Of a stretch of 48,861 nucleotides of DNA, positions 20,201 through 29,264 are shown piece after piece. The notes below the pieces were generated by a model. It saw only the letters and a list, made by a program, of their open reading frames with translations. It did no database searches and was not told where the DNA came from. Within the stretch, counting starts at the first letter, position 1. Each line of letters starts with the position of its first letter. Source of the stretch: a virus (taxonomy: Duplodnaviria > Heunggongvirae > Uroviricota > Caudoviricetes); IMG/VR virus record IMGVR_UViG_3300020050_006655; one strand, written 5' to 3'. The position numbers and the translations under genes are program-made.

Positions 20201-22912
20201 CCTTGCTGCTGTCATTCCATTACCTATTTGAATACCTGTTTCCCCAATCCTCATTTTAGGATTATCGAGTTTAGATGTCATAAAGAATATGGGGTTGGAG
20301 TATCTGGCACCAAGTATCAGAGAACCGTAGTTCTCAAATGCTGTACCAGCAGTACCACCACCAGAGGTTACAATGTACCCACCGTTATCAGTTATTGCCG
20401 AGGTAGGTCTTGCTGCTTCTGAACCACCTAGAATAAGTGGAACATCACCCCCGGAAGAAATCCATGTCCTACCAGACAATGTGAAATTCTCCTTCACCAA
20501 AGGGGCGAAAGAATTTGTTATGTTCGTATAAGTGCCGGTGTTCTTGACCCATATGTTATTCTCAAACGAACCGCGTCTTGCAAAAAGTGCTTCCGTTGTA
20601 GATAAGGTAAGATCAGGATTTGTTCTATCTGTAGTAAAAACAATACTGTTATTAATCCTTGAACCAATTACCAATTTACCAAAACCGTTCCATATACCAG
20701 AACCACCTGCTGTTGTAGCAATAAATGATTCATCAGTTCCAAATATGGAGCCAGAAGTAACATCACCGCCAATCCTAAAACCAACAGAACCGTTGTTTGT
20801 TGAGAATAGAGTACCATTAGTATTATATCTAAGATTCAGATTTGTTAAGCTGTCTATAGACAAAGAATACAAAAGTCTTCCTGATTGAGAAGTATTCTGT
20901 GTAAATCTTCCACCTTGTATAATGGTACTTCCTGAAAGAGTTAAACCGTTGGAAGCACCAGCAGCACCATCGGCTTGAAAATGCCAAGTAGTCCCTGTAT
21001 TGGTTAATGTTATATTACTTACTGTCGACGCTGTAGATACACCGTTAATAGTTGTAGTACTTTCAGGGTCAACTGTAACAGCCCTACCTTCCGTCTCGTT
21101 CATCAAGAATATGGTATTCTTAGGATGTAACAAAAATGTAGGTATGATTACTGAACTTGCCGTAATACCTGTTGAAAGAACTTTATCGTGAAATATAGTT
21201 GCTCCATTACCAGCAGACTGAAAATTAGACCCGTTAATCTTATTTCGATTAAGAAGAAATTTTGTTCCGGGAGCTAAACTCATACTTGAATATGGAGCAG
21301 TAGAATAAACTATATCACAATTATCAAACTCAAATACCTTATTGTCTGATTGTTGACCTCTTACCAAGTAGTCACAATTTATATAACAATCTCTAAAAGT
21401 AGCACCACCGAAACCATCGTAAACCAAATCGTTATTAGACCCTGTATTCAGCAGGATGGAACACCGTTCAAAAAGGTGCCCACCATTTGAGGTAACAAGA
21501 AGTCGATCAAAGCCTGTGATGGTACAGTCATAAACTCTCGATCCGTTAGGAAAACCAACTTGATCCACAACACCATTGCCATTAAAATAACATCCTTTAA
21601 AAATTAGGGATGAGTCTGATGTAGTATTGTCTTGCTGAATCATTTTTGCAAAACTATAGAAAACATCATACCCAACAGAATCCATTTTGATATTCTCAAA
21701 GACTGCTCTTTTGAAAGGAGTTGTTGTATTACCTATTGCTATACCATAGCCACCAGTACGTCTGATAATACCATTTTTTACACTTACGTTTTCTGATTGT
21801 CTTATATTAAGACCCGTACGAGAAAATGGAAGTGATGCTGTGTAAGCAGGAGTAGAACCATGTCTAAAACCATCAATGATAAAATCTTCAAGTGTGAAGT
21901 TATTATTAAGCGTTAAGTGATGGCCAATACCAATTCCCGGCCCATAGTATCCTGTTATATGAATTTCATCGCAAAACTGTGTTGCTATGTCAGGTTCAGC
22001 ATCCAAACCAAATAAACCTATTCGACTTGTGTAAAGGTTTTTTACAGTGATGTTTTTACCAGATATAATAGATACACCATTCCGAAGAATATTATCCATG
22101 ACCACATTCTCAATTATCACATTAGATGAAAATAATGGTTCAGCAAGACCAGAAGCCGTAACCATAATACCATCACCTCGTATGTCTGTAAATCTAAGGT
22201 TTCTTAAAATCACATTATTATAACCTATTGCTGAAATATCACTAATTGGTTTGCCAACCGTAAGACCATGACTAAATTCAGATGTTTGTGTAGCAATTTT
22301 ACCAATAAAGAATAATCCGTCAACAGTAACATTATTGCTCATTATTGTGAGCATTCTTGTACCAGTAGATAGACCTGTCCTTAATTGCCAAATAGCATTT
22401 CTACCATAAATATTTTTAGGTGTGGTAAGAGTGTGTTGACCAGTCAAGTAAGTACCAGCCGGAAAGAACACATCATAAGGACTATCTAAGGCTAGTTGAA
22501 CAGCCAAACTATCTGTAATTCCGTCATCAGGAATAGCACCAAACCATCTTACGTTGACTGTCTTTTTATCAAACAAACGCGTCCACTTTCTACTAAGAGC
22601 ATCGGTAAACACCATTCGTTGATCTGCTGTTTCAGTGTATGTTCTTTCAAAAATACCACCTCTAACAGAGTCAACCATTATAACAACAGAAGGAGCAGTA
22701 GCAGTATTAAACGCTCTGAAAGCAGTTGAGTCTGTTACAGTAGCGAATGACGTAGAACCAAGGTCGTCAGAAGGAGTCCAAGTAGAACCGTTCCATTTAA
22801 TGGTTTGTCCTGTGGTTGCACCAGATGTTTTAAAACCACCTTCTTTAAGTAATTCTTGTGCGTTAATATTAAACGCTAAGAACCCTAAAATTAAAATTAA
22901 TATCTTTCTCAT
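17219..22912 (-). CDS. Giant tailspike/fibre-like protein: signal peptide, pectin-lyase-like beta-helix, Gly-rich and fibre repeat modules (1897 aa)
   Basis: MRKILILILGFLAFNINA|QELL; VNVRWFGAIPDDGITDSLAVQLAL...VFFPAGTY beta-helix cap; GxTTGxxxKWNGxxW repeats; GGAGG-rich tract at ~19240-19620. Confidence 0.75.
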   Translation of the reverse strand: MRKILILILGFLAFNINAQELLKEGGFKTSGATTGQTIKWNGSTWTPSDDLGSTSFATVTDSTAFRAFNTATAPSVVIMVDSVRGGIFERTYTETADQRMVFTDALSRKWTRLFDKKTVNVRWFGAIPDDGITDSLAVQLALDSPYDVFFPAGTYLTGQHTLTTPKNIYGRNAIWQLRTGLSTGTRMLTIMSNNVTVDGLFFIGKIATQTSEFSHGLTVGKPISDISAIGYNNVILRNLRFTDIRGDGIMVTASGLAEPLFSSNVIIENVVMDNILRNGVSIISGKNITVKNLYTSRIGLFGLDAEPDIATQFCDEIHITGYYGPGIGIGHHLTLNNNFTLEDFIIDGFRHGSTPAYTASLPFSRTGLNIRQSENVSVKNGIIRRTGGYGIAIGNTTTPFKRAVFENIKMDSVGYDVFYSFAKMIQQDNTTSDSSLIFKGCYFNGNGVVDQVGFPNGSRVYDCTITGFDRLLVTSNGGHLFERCSILLNTGSNNDLVYDGFGGATFRDCYINCDYLVRGQQSDNKVFEFDNCDIVYSTAPYSSMSLAPGTKFLLNRNKINGSNFQSAGNGATIFHDKVLSTGITASSVIIPTFLLHPKNTIFLMNETEGRAVTVDPESTTTINGVSTASTVSNITLTNTGTTWHFQADGAAGASNGLTLSGSTIIQGGRFTQNTSQSGRLLYSLSIDSLTNLNLRYNTNGTLFSTNNGSVGFRIGGDVTSGSIFGTDESFIATTAGGSGIWNGFGKLVIGSRINNSIVFTTDRTNPDLTLSTTEALFARRGSFENNIWVKNTGTYTNITNSFAPLVKENFTLSGRTWISSGGDVPLILGGSEAARPTSAITDNGGYIVTSGGGTAGTAFENYGSLILGARYSNPIFFMTSKLDNPKMRIGETGIQIGNGMTAARDSLDVVGTVRFEGLPSKTSETNVVWRNTLGQLATGGITPSDLGQQGAATGEVIKWNGTIWAPATDAGGGGGATDLTFSGTSSPVTLNSSTGTDVDFIDGAGITIAGTSTTLTLNNNLTTGVSGGQTVVGGTASGNSLTISSTTNATKGDILFGTSAYKEATNRLGIGTTSPSATVHVTQASVASVGSGSGTNAPTLLTVTGTAGGATSAGSGTVSGGNGSSSTITGGAGGAITGTPGTGFGGAGGSITLLGGNGGNGTTFGGTAGFVEIAGGTGGTGTTAGAAGYASMKGGNAGATGNGDGGNVFLVGGIPTGAGSPGHIYLGLSPSLTQRGNVKIGGSSPPTNLLTIGESGTKLGDIGLAGNTSGMVTIRPAAAAGTWTLTFPTDDGTPGQVMTTDGAGVCTWTTVSGGGGGISSLNTLTGATQTFATGTSGSNFNISSVGTTHTFNIPDAGVGIRGLVNTTSQPFNGLKTFIDGIEVGDIGSTDGFISFAASNGNAVAIKSSTGTGNWTMTMPTSAGTNGQVMTTNGSGVTSWTTVSGGSGYTTIQEEGTGLTARSTLNFAGSTATAADDGTKTNVTFDSDVNALASTASTGLYVVTGTGTSVTRSIAAGTGISISNTNGVVGNPTITNLAPDQTVTIASGTDINVTGTYPSFTINNTQTEVNGIFSASGTVPNGVNATQIDDLTFTGVDNTGTQSPKFRVVASGTDPGVQVWKVGNDSLQLSFISGEPTLEAIGTAGNDFWINAVGNDLRLGQGSTGVFTHTTKNVLGGYLAVPYITATANTTVSESTQEVDVIGTSSVITLTFNNTSNLLGSAAKTITVRNRGAFDVTLSRGSQTWEWSDMSGVNTATDRTLAAGEIAVMFWIDDGVTDYYILHKIQNLPTAKISEQTATTINFDGRATRLYVPTSATTTAINLPEIVASAPSATQVTIGATFEITIDRAVTVTISRSGASDVILAHNYVGSQTSITTTGGTTFSQKFTAIGANTWIVE

Positions 22913-22916
22913 TACA

Positions 22917-25900
22917 TTAGTTTAAATAATTAACTCTGATAATATCGTTAAGAGTATTAGCGAAAGTTGTGAGAGTTGTACCTGAAAATGTATATTGTGT
23001 AGCAGTTGGAGCAGAAGCAACCCAATTTAATTCAACACCATTTCTATAAACCCTAAGAGGATATGCAGTACCAGAAACAACAGGAGCAGAATAAGCCATA
23101 GTAAAGGCTGTTTGACTTGCTGTAGCAGTAAATGTTTCTTCTCTTAAAACTTTGGTAGCATTAACAGTGAATGTTGGATAAGTACCTGTTACATCAATAC
23201 CTGTACCATCATTTAAAACAACTGTTAAATCTGGAGCAGAGTTTGTAATAGTTGGGTTTCCTGATACCCCATTACCGTTCGATACTGTAATACCTGTACT
23301 TGCAGTTATTGTTCTACCAACACCTGTACTCGGGCCACCTACAGCAGTAATCGCATATAATCCTGTTGTAGCATTGGATGCTAAAGCGTCTACATCTGAA
23401 TCTACCGTTACATTAGTTTGACTACCACCATTAGATGCTGTGAGAGCAGTACCTATAAAAGCCAAAGTTGTTTGTTGAGGTTGACTTGTTGTTTCCTCTT
23501 TAATTGTTGAGTACGCTTGTTGGGTTGGTGCGGCAATTGTTACTATACCATCCAATCCTGTACCTGTAGTGGTTAAGGTAATATTAGCACCTTCAACAAA
23601 TTGAGTAGAACCACCTAAGTTAGAAAGAGTTGCTGTATGACTTGTCGCATTTGATGTGTTTGCAATTGTTTGCAACTCGTTAGTTATAGAAGCATCAGTT
23701 GCAATAAGTGGATTACCACCTGTACCATCTCCTGAAAGTCCTGCTCCAATAGCAACAACTTGTGAACCCCAATTGTCTCCACCAGAACTTGATCCAGCAT
23801 TAACGTTAAGTGTATTAGTTGCTGGATTATATGAAACTACAGCACCACCAGAACCAGTAACAGTAAGAGTTTGACCGCCTAATGTTTCAGAGTTAGTTCC
23901 ATCTGTAACTGTTAAAGATTCATTTGTAGCACTTTGGTCAACAGTAGCGATTGTTAAATCATTACCTGATCTTGTAATAGTAGTACCAGCACCTTGGACA
24001 ATCCCAACGTCTGTACCAGTATCAGAGTCTATACCAAAGTTAGGTGCAGTACCAGAAGCTGTTAGATTAGTTCCACCTGAACCAGTAGCGTCTGGTGCAA
24101 AAGACCAATCAGTACCATCAAATTTAATTACGTCTCCTGTAGTAGCACCTGTTTCAGTTATTAAGGCTTGAATAGAGCCTGAACCTGTAGCAATAACATC
24201 TAGCGGAAAATTACCCACTACTTGTACAGTTCCACCACCTGATGGATTACCAGCATTATCACTAAGTCTTATAAAAGGAGCTGATCCAGATGTAGGATTG
24301 ACGGTTATTCCTTGAACAGGATTTACTTGTGAAGACCATGATGAACCATTACTTGTTAAGACATTACCACTTGTACCAACAAGGGGTAAAGCCACATCAA
24401 GATCTCCAGAATTGTTAGTAACAATAATCCCACGCAAACCGTTGATAAGAATATCACCTGCACTACCCGGAACTCCGTCATTACCAGAAAGCTGTAATTG
24501 TGGACTAACTGTACCGATAAGAGCCATAGATTGTTCTTTTTCATTACTTGGTATCCATGTTGAAGTTCCAGAATCCCACCTCAATAACTGATCTGTTGTA
24601 GCACCAGTTGCTGTTACATTTACACCGTCTATTTTATCTACAACAATGTTTCCTGTATTGGATATATCAGCATCACCAGAAGGATTTACAGCAGTTGCTA
24701 CGTTAGAAGCATTACCTATAAGAATATTGTTATTTGCGAGTGTAGAAGAAACACCTGTACCAGTAACCGTAAAGTTAGGATAAGTTCCTGTAACACTTGC
24801 TGTACCAGCACCAGTTATTGCAACAGTTTGATCCGGTGAACCATTTGTTATGGTTATCTCATTAGTACCAGTATTTTCTGAAATAGCAATTCCTGTACCA
24901 GCATTAATTATTAAATCCGTAGAACCCGTTGTATTAGATCGAACAATTGATGTTGATCCTGTACCAGCAAGAACAGACAAAGAACCTTCATTGTTATTTA
25001 AAAGATCACCAGTATTTGTAATTACCGTTCCAGTAACATCTATACCTGTTCCACCTGTATATGTAGTTCCAGCATCATTTGCTGGTGCCCAGTTTGTACC
25101 ATTCCATTTATAAACTTGTCCGGTTGTAGCACCATTTTGTAAAAGATCAGCTTGTATATTTTGTCCAGTAAGAGTTAAGTCTATCCTAGCATTATCTGTA
25201 ACAGTTACAGCAGCATGACTTGCTGCAACAGCAGCATCTAAGCCTGTCTTATCTGTAGCCGTTAGTAAACCTGCTAAAGAAGTTGTTGCAGCAGGAACAG
25301 TAGCATCAATACCACTTGAAGAAACTACATCAAGAGTCGTGGTTGTTCTATTGGCAATTGATAAATCTGTAGAACCAGCACCACCTGTAGCATCAGCAGA
25401 AGGAGTCCATGCTGTACCATCCCATTTAAGTACTTGTCCCGTACTTGCCCCTGTGGCAGTTACAGGGGTATTATCTATTTTATCAACTGTTACAACACCT
25501 GTATTTGTTACTGTGGCATCACCTGAAAGAGTTCTGGATTGAGCAACATTGGTAACATTACCAATATAAACTGTACCATCAGCAAGCGTGTTTGTAAGAG
25601 ATATTGTATTAGTTCCTGTATTTTCTGTAACAGATAAGTTAAGAGAACCACCGATGATAATCTTAGCAGAAGATAAAGTGTTACTATTAATACCTGTTGT
25701 ATTTGCTGCTTCTGCTGTTAAGAATAAACTACCTTCATTTTGTGGATCAGCGTCTCCTTCATTTGCAGAAATTACCAAACTGTTAGTTGCAGGAGTGTAA
25801 GTACTTGAAATCATACCACCACCAAATATTCCAAGAGTTTGTCCACCAAGAGCCTCTGTATTTGTACCATCTGTAATTGTTAAAACCTCATTGGTAGGAG

Positions 25901-26717
25901 ATTGGTCAGTATCAGAATCAAGTTTGGTTTTATCTGTACCAGACATTAAACCTGAAAGACTTGTAGTTGCTTGTGGAACAGTTATATCAGCACCTGTAGA
26001 TGATGTTATATCAAGAGTGGTGTTAGTTCTATTAATGATAGCAAGATCAGTTGCACCACCAGCATCCGTATCGGGAATCCAGTTAGTACCATTATACTTT
26101 AATACTTGTCCTGTAGTTGCTGTTGGAAGTGCTATATTAACATTACCAGCATTATTGGTTACAGTAATACCTCTTACACCAGATAAACCTATATTACCAG
26201 CATTACCCGGAATACCAGCATTATCTGATAGTTGAATATTGGTTCCACTAAGAATCATTTCCTGTTCAATATTCAAAGCATCATTTACTTTTTCAAGATT
26301 ATATTGAAGCAGTGTTTGTTGATTTGGATCTGTAATACCACTAACAAAAGGAACAAGATTATTATTTGTTGTTTCATAAATAACACCTTCTCCTGTAGGA
26401 ACCGATAGTATTGTTGAGATACCTGTGTTGTTTATTCTAACCGTAAAAGAAGGATCTGTTGCAGATACAATAGTTGTGATGGGTAAGTGATAACCTACAC
26501 CAGCATCCGTAAAAAATACAATCTGACCTACAGCAATACTAGAAGCATCAAAGTAACCAGATTGATCTTGAAACGTACCTGTTATTTCCCAATATCCAGC
26601 ACCAGAACCTACTTGAGACATAAACACCCTTCCTGAAAAAAGTGGTATATCTTCTACTTGTGCAAATATCAAACTGGTTGAAAAAACCAATAAGATAAGC
26701 AATAATATTTTTCTCAT
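22917..26717 (-). CDS. Large repetitive fibre-like protein with signal peptide (1266 aa)
   Basis: MRKILLLILLVFSTSLIFA|QVED; Thr/Gly-rich; about six GxxTGQVxKW(N/D)G-type repeats and duplicated internal blocks. Confidence 0.7.
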   Translation of the reverse strand: MRKILLLILLVFSTSLIFAQVEDIPLFSGRVFMSQVGSGAGYWEITGTFQDQSGYFDASSIAVGQIVFFTDAGVGYHLPITTIVSATDPSFTVRINNTGISTILSVPTGEGVIYETTNNNLVPFVSGITDPNQQTLLQYNLEKVNDALNIEQEMILSGTNIQLSDNAGIPGNAGNIGLSGVRGITVTNNAGNVNIALPTATTGQVLKYNGTNWIPDTDAGGATDLAIINRTNTTLDITSSTGADITVPQATTSLSGLMSGTDKTKLDSDTDQSPTNEVLTITDGTNTEALGGQTLGIFGGGMISSTYTPATNSLVISANEGDADPQNEGSLFLTAEAANTTGINSNTLSSAKIIIGGSLNLSVTENTGTNTISLTNTLADGTVYIGNVTNVAQSRTLSGDATVTNTGVVTVDKIDNTPVTATGASTGQVLKWDGTAWTPSADATGGAGSTDLSIANRTTTTLDVVSSSGIDATVPAATTSLAGLLTATDKTGLDAAVAASHAAVTVTDNARIDLTLTGQNIQADLLQNGATTGQVYKWNGTNWAPANDAGTTYTGGTGIDVTGTVITNTGDLLNNNEGSLSVLAGTGSTSIVRSNTTGSTDLIINAGTGIAISENTGTNEITITNGSPDQTVAITGAGTASVTGTYPNFTVTGTGVSSTLANNNILIGNASNVATAVNPSGDADISNTGNIVVDKIDGVNVTATGATTDQLLRWDSGTSTWIPSNEKEQSMALIGTVSPQLQLSGNDGVPGSAGDILINGLRGIIVTNNSGDLDVALPLVGTSGNVLTSNGSSWSSQVNPVQGITVNPTSGSAPFIRLSDNAGNPSGGGTVQVVGNFPLDVIATGSGSIQALITETGATTGDVIKFDGTDWSFAPDATGSGGTNLTASGTAPNFGIDSDTGTDVGIVQGAGTTITRSGNDLTIATVDQSATNESLTVTDGTNSETLGGQTLTVTGSGGAVVSYNPATNTLNVNAGSSSGGDNWGSQVVAIGAGLSGDGTGGNPLIATDASITNELQTIANTSNATSHTATLSNLGGSTQFVEGANITLTTTGTGLDGIVTIAAPTQQAYSTIKEETTSQPQQTTLAFIGTALTASNGGSQTNVTVDSDVDALASNATTGLYAITAVGGPSTGVGRTITASTGITVSNGNGVSGNPTITNSAPDLTVVLNDGTGIDVTGTYPTFTVNATKVLREETFTATASQTAFTMAYSAPVVSGTAYPLRVYRNGVELNWVASAPTATQYTFSGTTLTTFANTLNDIIRVNYLN

Positions 26718-29200
26718 TATATATTTGTGAATTTTAAGTGATAGCCTTGTGAACCTGCTGCTATACCAGCAACCCTCATTGTAATAGAACCTGTTCCAAC
26801 AGCCACAACAGATATTGCAGGATTATTATCCAAATCAATAGATATTGCATTTGTAAGTGCTATTGTACCACTTGTGGGTATTGCTGATTTTTGTACCGTT
26901 GGTATTCTTAAATCAGATACACCAGTGTTACCACCAGTTCCTTGAAACACAACTCTAATCCAGTTAGATGAACCACCAGCATCAGCAGATGCTTGTATAT
27001 CAGCAGCAACCAATCTCCAATCAGCAGATAATATTCTATTACTTCCTGTTGGTGCGGATAATGTCAAAACATTAGACGCAAAACTTGCGGTGATACCAGT
27101 TTGTGTTGCAACAATTCTTAGACTTGAACCAGCATTTCCACCAGTGATAGGGATGTTATATTCAAATATTCCAGAGGGTGCTGAACCATAAGATATGATT
27201 CCGGTGACAGGATCAATATAAACAATGTCTGTTTGACTTAAAGATTTAAGCCCCTTGATAAAGTGATCTGTAACATTTGTTTCAAAAGAATTAACAGGAT
27301 TTACACCATCTGTTGTAACAAGTGATGCTGAACTTGGTGAAGTCATTAATACTCCTGAATAAGCACCAGCATTCTGTTGTACAAATCTTGTTCCTGCTCC
27401 ATCAGGATCAACTCTTATTTCAGCAAAAATACTTGCACTGGCTGCTGTTTCTGAATGTAAAAGCGCGCCATTAGCAAGTGATGTCGTTAAGAATAAATTA
27501 GATTTTGCTCCTGCTCCATCATTCGCTTCAAGAAATATAGAATCTGTGTCTGTTATAAAAACATCATATAAAGCATTACCGTTTATAATAGTATCTTCTG
27601 TAAGAACAGCACCAAGTTTAAAAGGAGTACCAGAGGAACCATTACCTTGAATACCATTAATAGAATTTCTATTAGATTCAATATTTGTTTCTAATGCTTG
27701 AAGTGCCTGTTTAACATTCTGGTTATCTGGAATAATTGTTCCGGTAAAAGTACCAAGATCAGTAGCCAGTGCAGCAACACCAGTTAATGCTACAAGACCC
27801 GCAACATGTGCTTCTATCGTATCAAGATTAACTGCTTGAGTAACTGTTATGTGATCTACTTTAACTTTATCTCCTGCTGGCATAACACCAGCAAGTAGAT
27901 TTGTTGCGGGATTAAGTGTTGCATCTGAACCTGTATCTGAATTAACACCAACTGTTGTTGCAGTTCTTGTACCTTCTGTAAGATTGGTCATTCCACCACC
28001 GCCTCCACCAGATGTAATATCAACTGTAACAATATTACCAAGACGTGTTGCAACAACACCAGCACCAGTAAAGTTAACAGTATCAACATTACCATCATCG
28101 GCACCAAGATCAACACCTTCGTCTTGAAATTGAATCCTTACATTCTTTTCACCATCAAGTTCGTTAAGTGCTGCTTGTACGTTGGTACTTGCTATATTAC
28201 CTGATGGTGTATTTACTATATCAGATGCGTTGAAAGAAAGCATTGCTTTCACCTGACTTGGTGTAAGATCAAGTGGATCCCCTGCCGCACCTGTATTATT
28301 TCCTTTTATTGTATTAGCTGGCATATTAGCCAACTTCTGATTTGTTACAGCATCATTACTAATAGTAGTAACTGTTCCACCTGCTGCTTTTGTAACATCA
28401 CCTGTTAAAGCAGATGTTCTTATGTTTCCCGAACCATCAAATTCAACACCACCATTTACACCAATTTCTTCAACATTACCTAAACCTGCCGTATCCCTAC
28501 CTAAAAGTTTATCGGTATTGATCTGTTGAATTTCATTGAATCCTACAACATTAGGTTTGATTTGCCAAACATCACCCGCAACATTTATATCTGTTTTATC
28601 TCCATCAGATACACCGCCTGTTGAATTTAAAACATCACCTGTCATTGAAAGATTTGAACCAAGTGTAATAGGGACAATGTTACCAGCATTTCTACCAACA
28701 AGTGAATTGGTTGGTACAACCATATCAACAGGATCACCAGAAGTATTCTGGTTTCTTGTTTTTACGGTATTGGCTGGCATATCTACCAATTTGGTATTTG
28801 ATACACTGTTTGCAGATATGATTGTTGCACCATCGCCAGTTGAAGTAACATCGCCTATATGGTTGGGATGTGTGTATTGGGTTAAACCATCCAACTTTAT
28901 TTTATCTGTTGGGGTCATTAACCCTGCTTGGGATGTATTTACGGGAGGAAGAACCACACCAGTACCATTATCATTATCAATAGGTATTGATGTAGATGTT
29001 ATTGTTCCAAGAGAAAGATTTGCTTCATCACTTCCACCACCACCAGATACTATAATAGTACCATCATCAATGGCTTCTTGGATTTCATTGAATAAATCTA
29101 TCCCCTCGTTTGAAATTATTGCAGGTGGATTTCCGCCGAACTGTTCTGTTTTTATCTCCTTAACAATTGATTTAGGGAGTATTATTCGTTTTCCTGCCAT
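26717..29200 (-). CDS. Tail fibre protein without signal peptide (827 aa)
   Basis: Hydrophilic N-terminus MAGKRIILPK; fibre motifs AGLMTPTDKIKLDG, SNTKLVDMPANTVK / TNQKLANMPANTIK, IQFQDEG...VNFTGAGV. Confidence 0.65.
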   Translation of the reverse strand: MAGKRIILPKSIVKEIKTEQFGGNPPAIISNEGIDLFNEIQEAIDDGTIIVSGGGGSDEANLSLGTITSTSIPIDNDNGTGVVLPPVNTSQAGLMTPTDKIKLDGLTQYTHPNHIGDVTSTGDGATIISANSVSNTKLVDMPANTVKTRNQNTSGDPVDMVVPTNSLVGRNAGNIVPITLGSNLSMTGDVLNSTGGVSDGDKTDINVAGDVWQIKPNVVGFNEIQQINTDKLLGRDTAGLGNVEEIGVNGGVEFDGSGNIRTSALTGDVTKAAGGTVTTISNDAVTNQKLANMPANTIKGNNTGAAGDPLDLTPSQVKAMLSFNASDIVNTPSGNIASTNVQAALNELDGEKNVRIQFQDEGVDLGADDGNVDTVNFTGAGVVATRLGNIVTVDITSGGGGGGMTNLTEGTRTATTVGVNSDTGSDATLNPATNLLAGVMPAGDKVKVDHITVTQAVNLDTIEAHVAGLVALTGVAALATDLGTFTGTIIPDNQNVKQALQALETNIESNRNSINGIQGNGSSGTPFKLGAVLTEDTIINGNALYDVFITDTDSIFLEANDGAGAKSNLFLTTSLANGALLHSETAASASIFAEIRVDPDGAGTRFVQQNAGAYSGVLMTSPSSASLVTTDGVNPVNSFETNVTDHFIKGLKSLSQTDIVYIDPVTGIISYGSAPSGIFEYNIPITGGNAGSSLRIVATQTGITASFASNVLTLSAPTGSNRILSADWRLVAADIQASADAGGSSNWIRVVFQGTGGNTGVSDLRIPTVQKSAIPTSGTIALTNAISIDLDNNPAISVVAVGTGSITMRVAGIAAGSQGYHLKFTNI

Positions 29201-29212
29201 TGTATAAAAAAT

Positions 29213-29253
29213 AAAAAAAGGTGTTAAATGTCTTCACGACATCTAACACCTTT
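29213..29253 (-). terminator. Intrinsic terminator / attenuator after the 486-aa virion gene
   Basis: Minus strand AAAGGTGTTAGATGTC-GTGAA-GACATTTAACACCTTT followed by a T-run. Confidence 0.8.
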
Positions 29254-29264
29254 AAGGAATTGTA

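Noticed and set aside
17219-26717. Diversity-generating retroelement or invertible cassette acting on the fibre genes
   Set aside because: No reverse transcriptase, recombinase or near-identical template/variable nucleotide repeat seen; the repeats are diverged protein-level modules.
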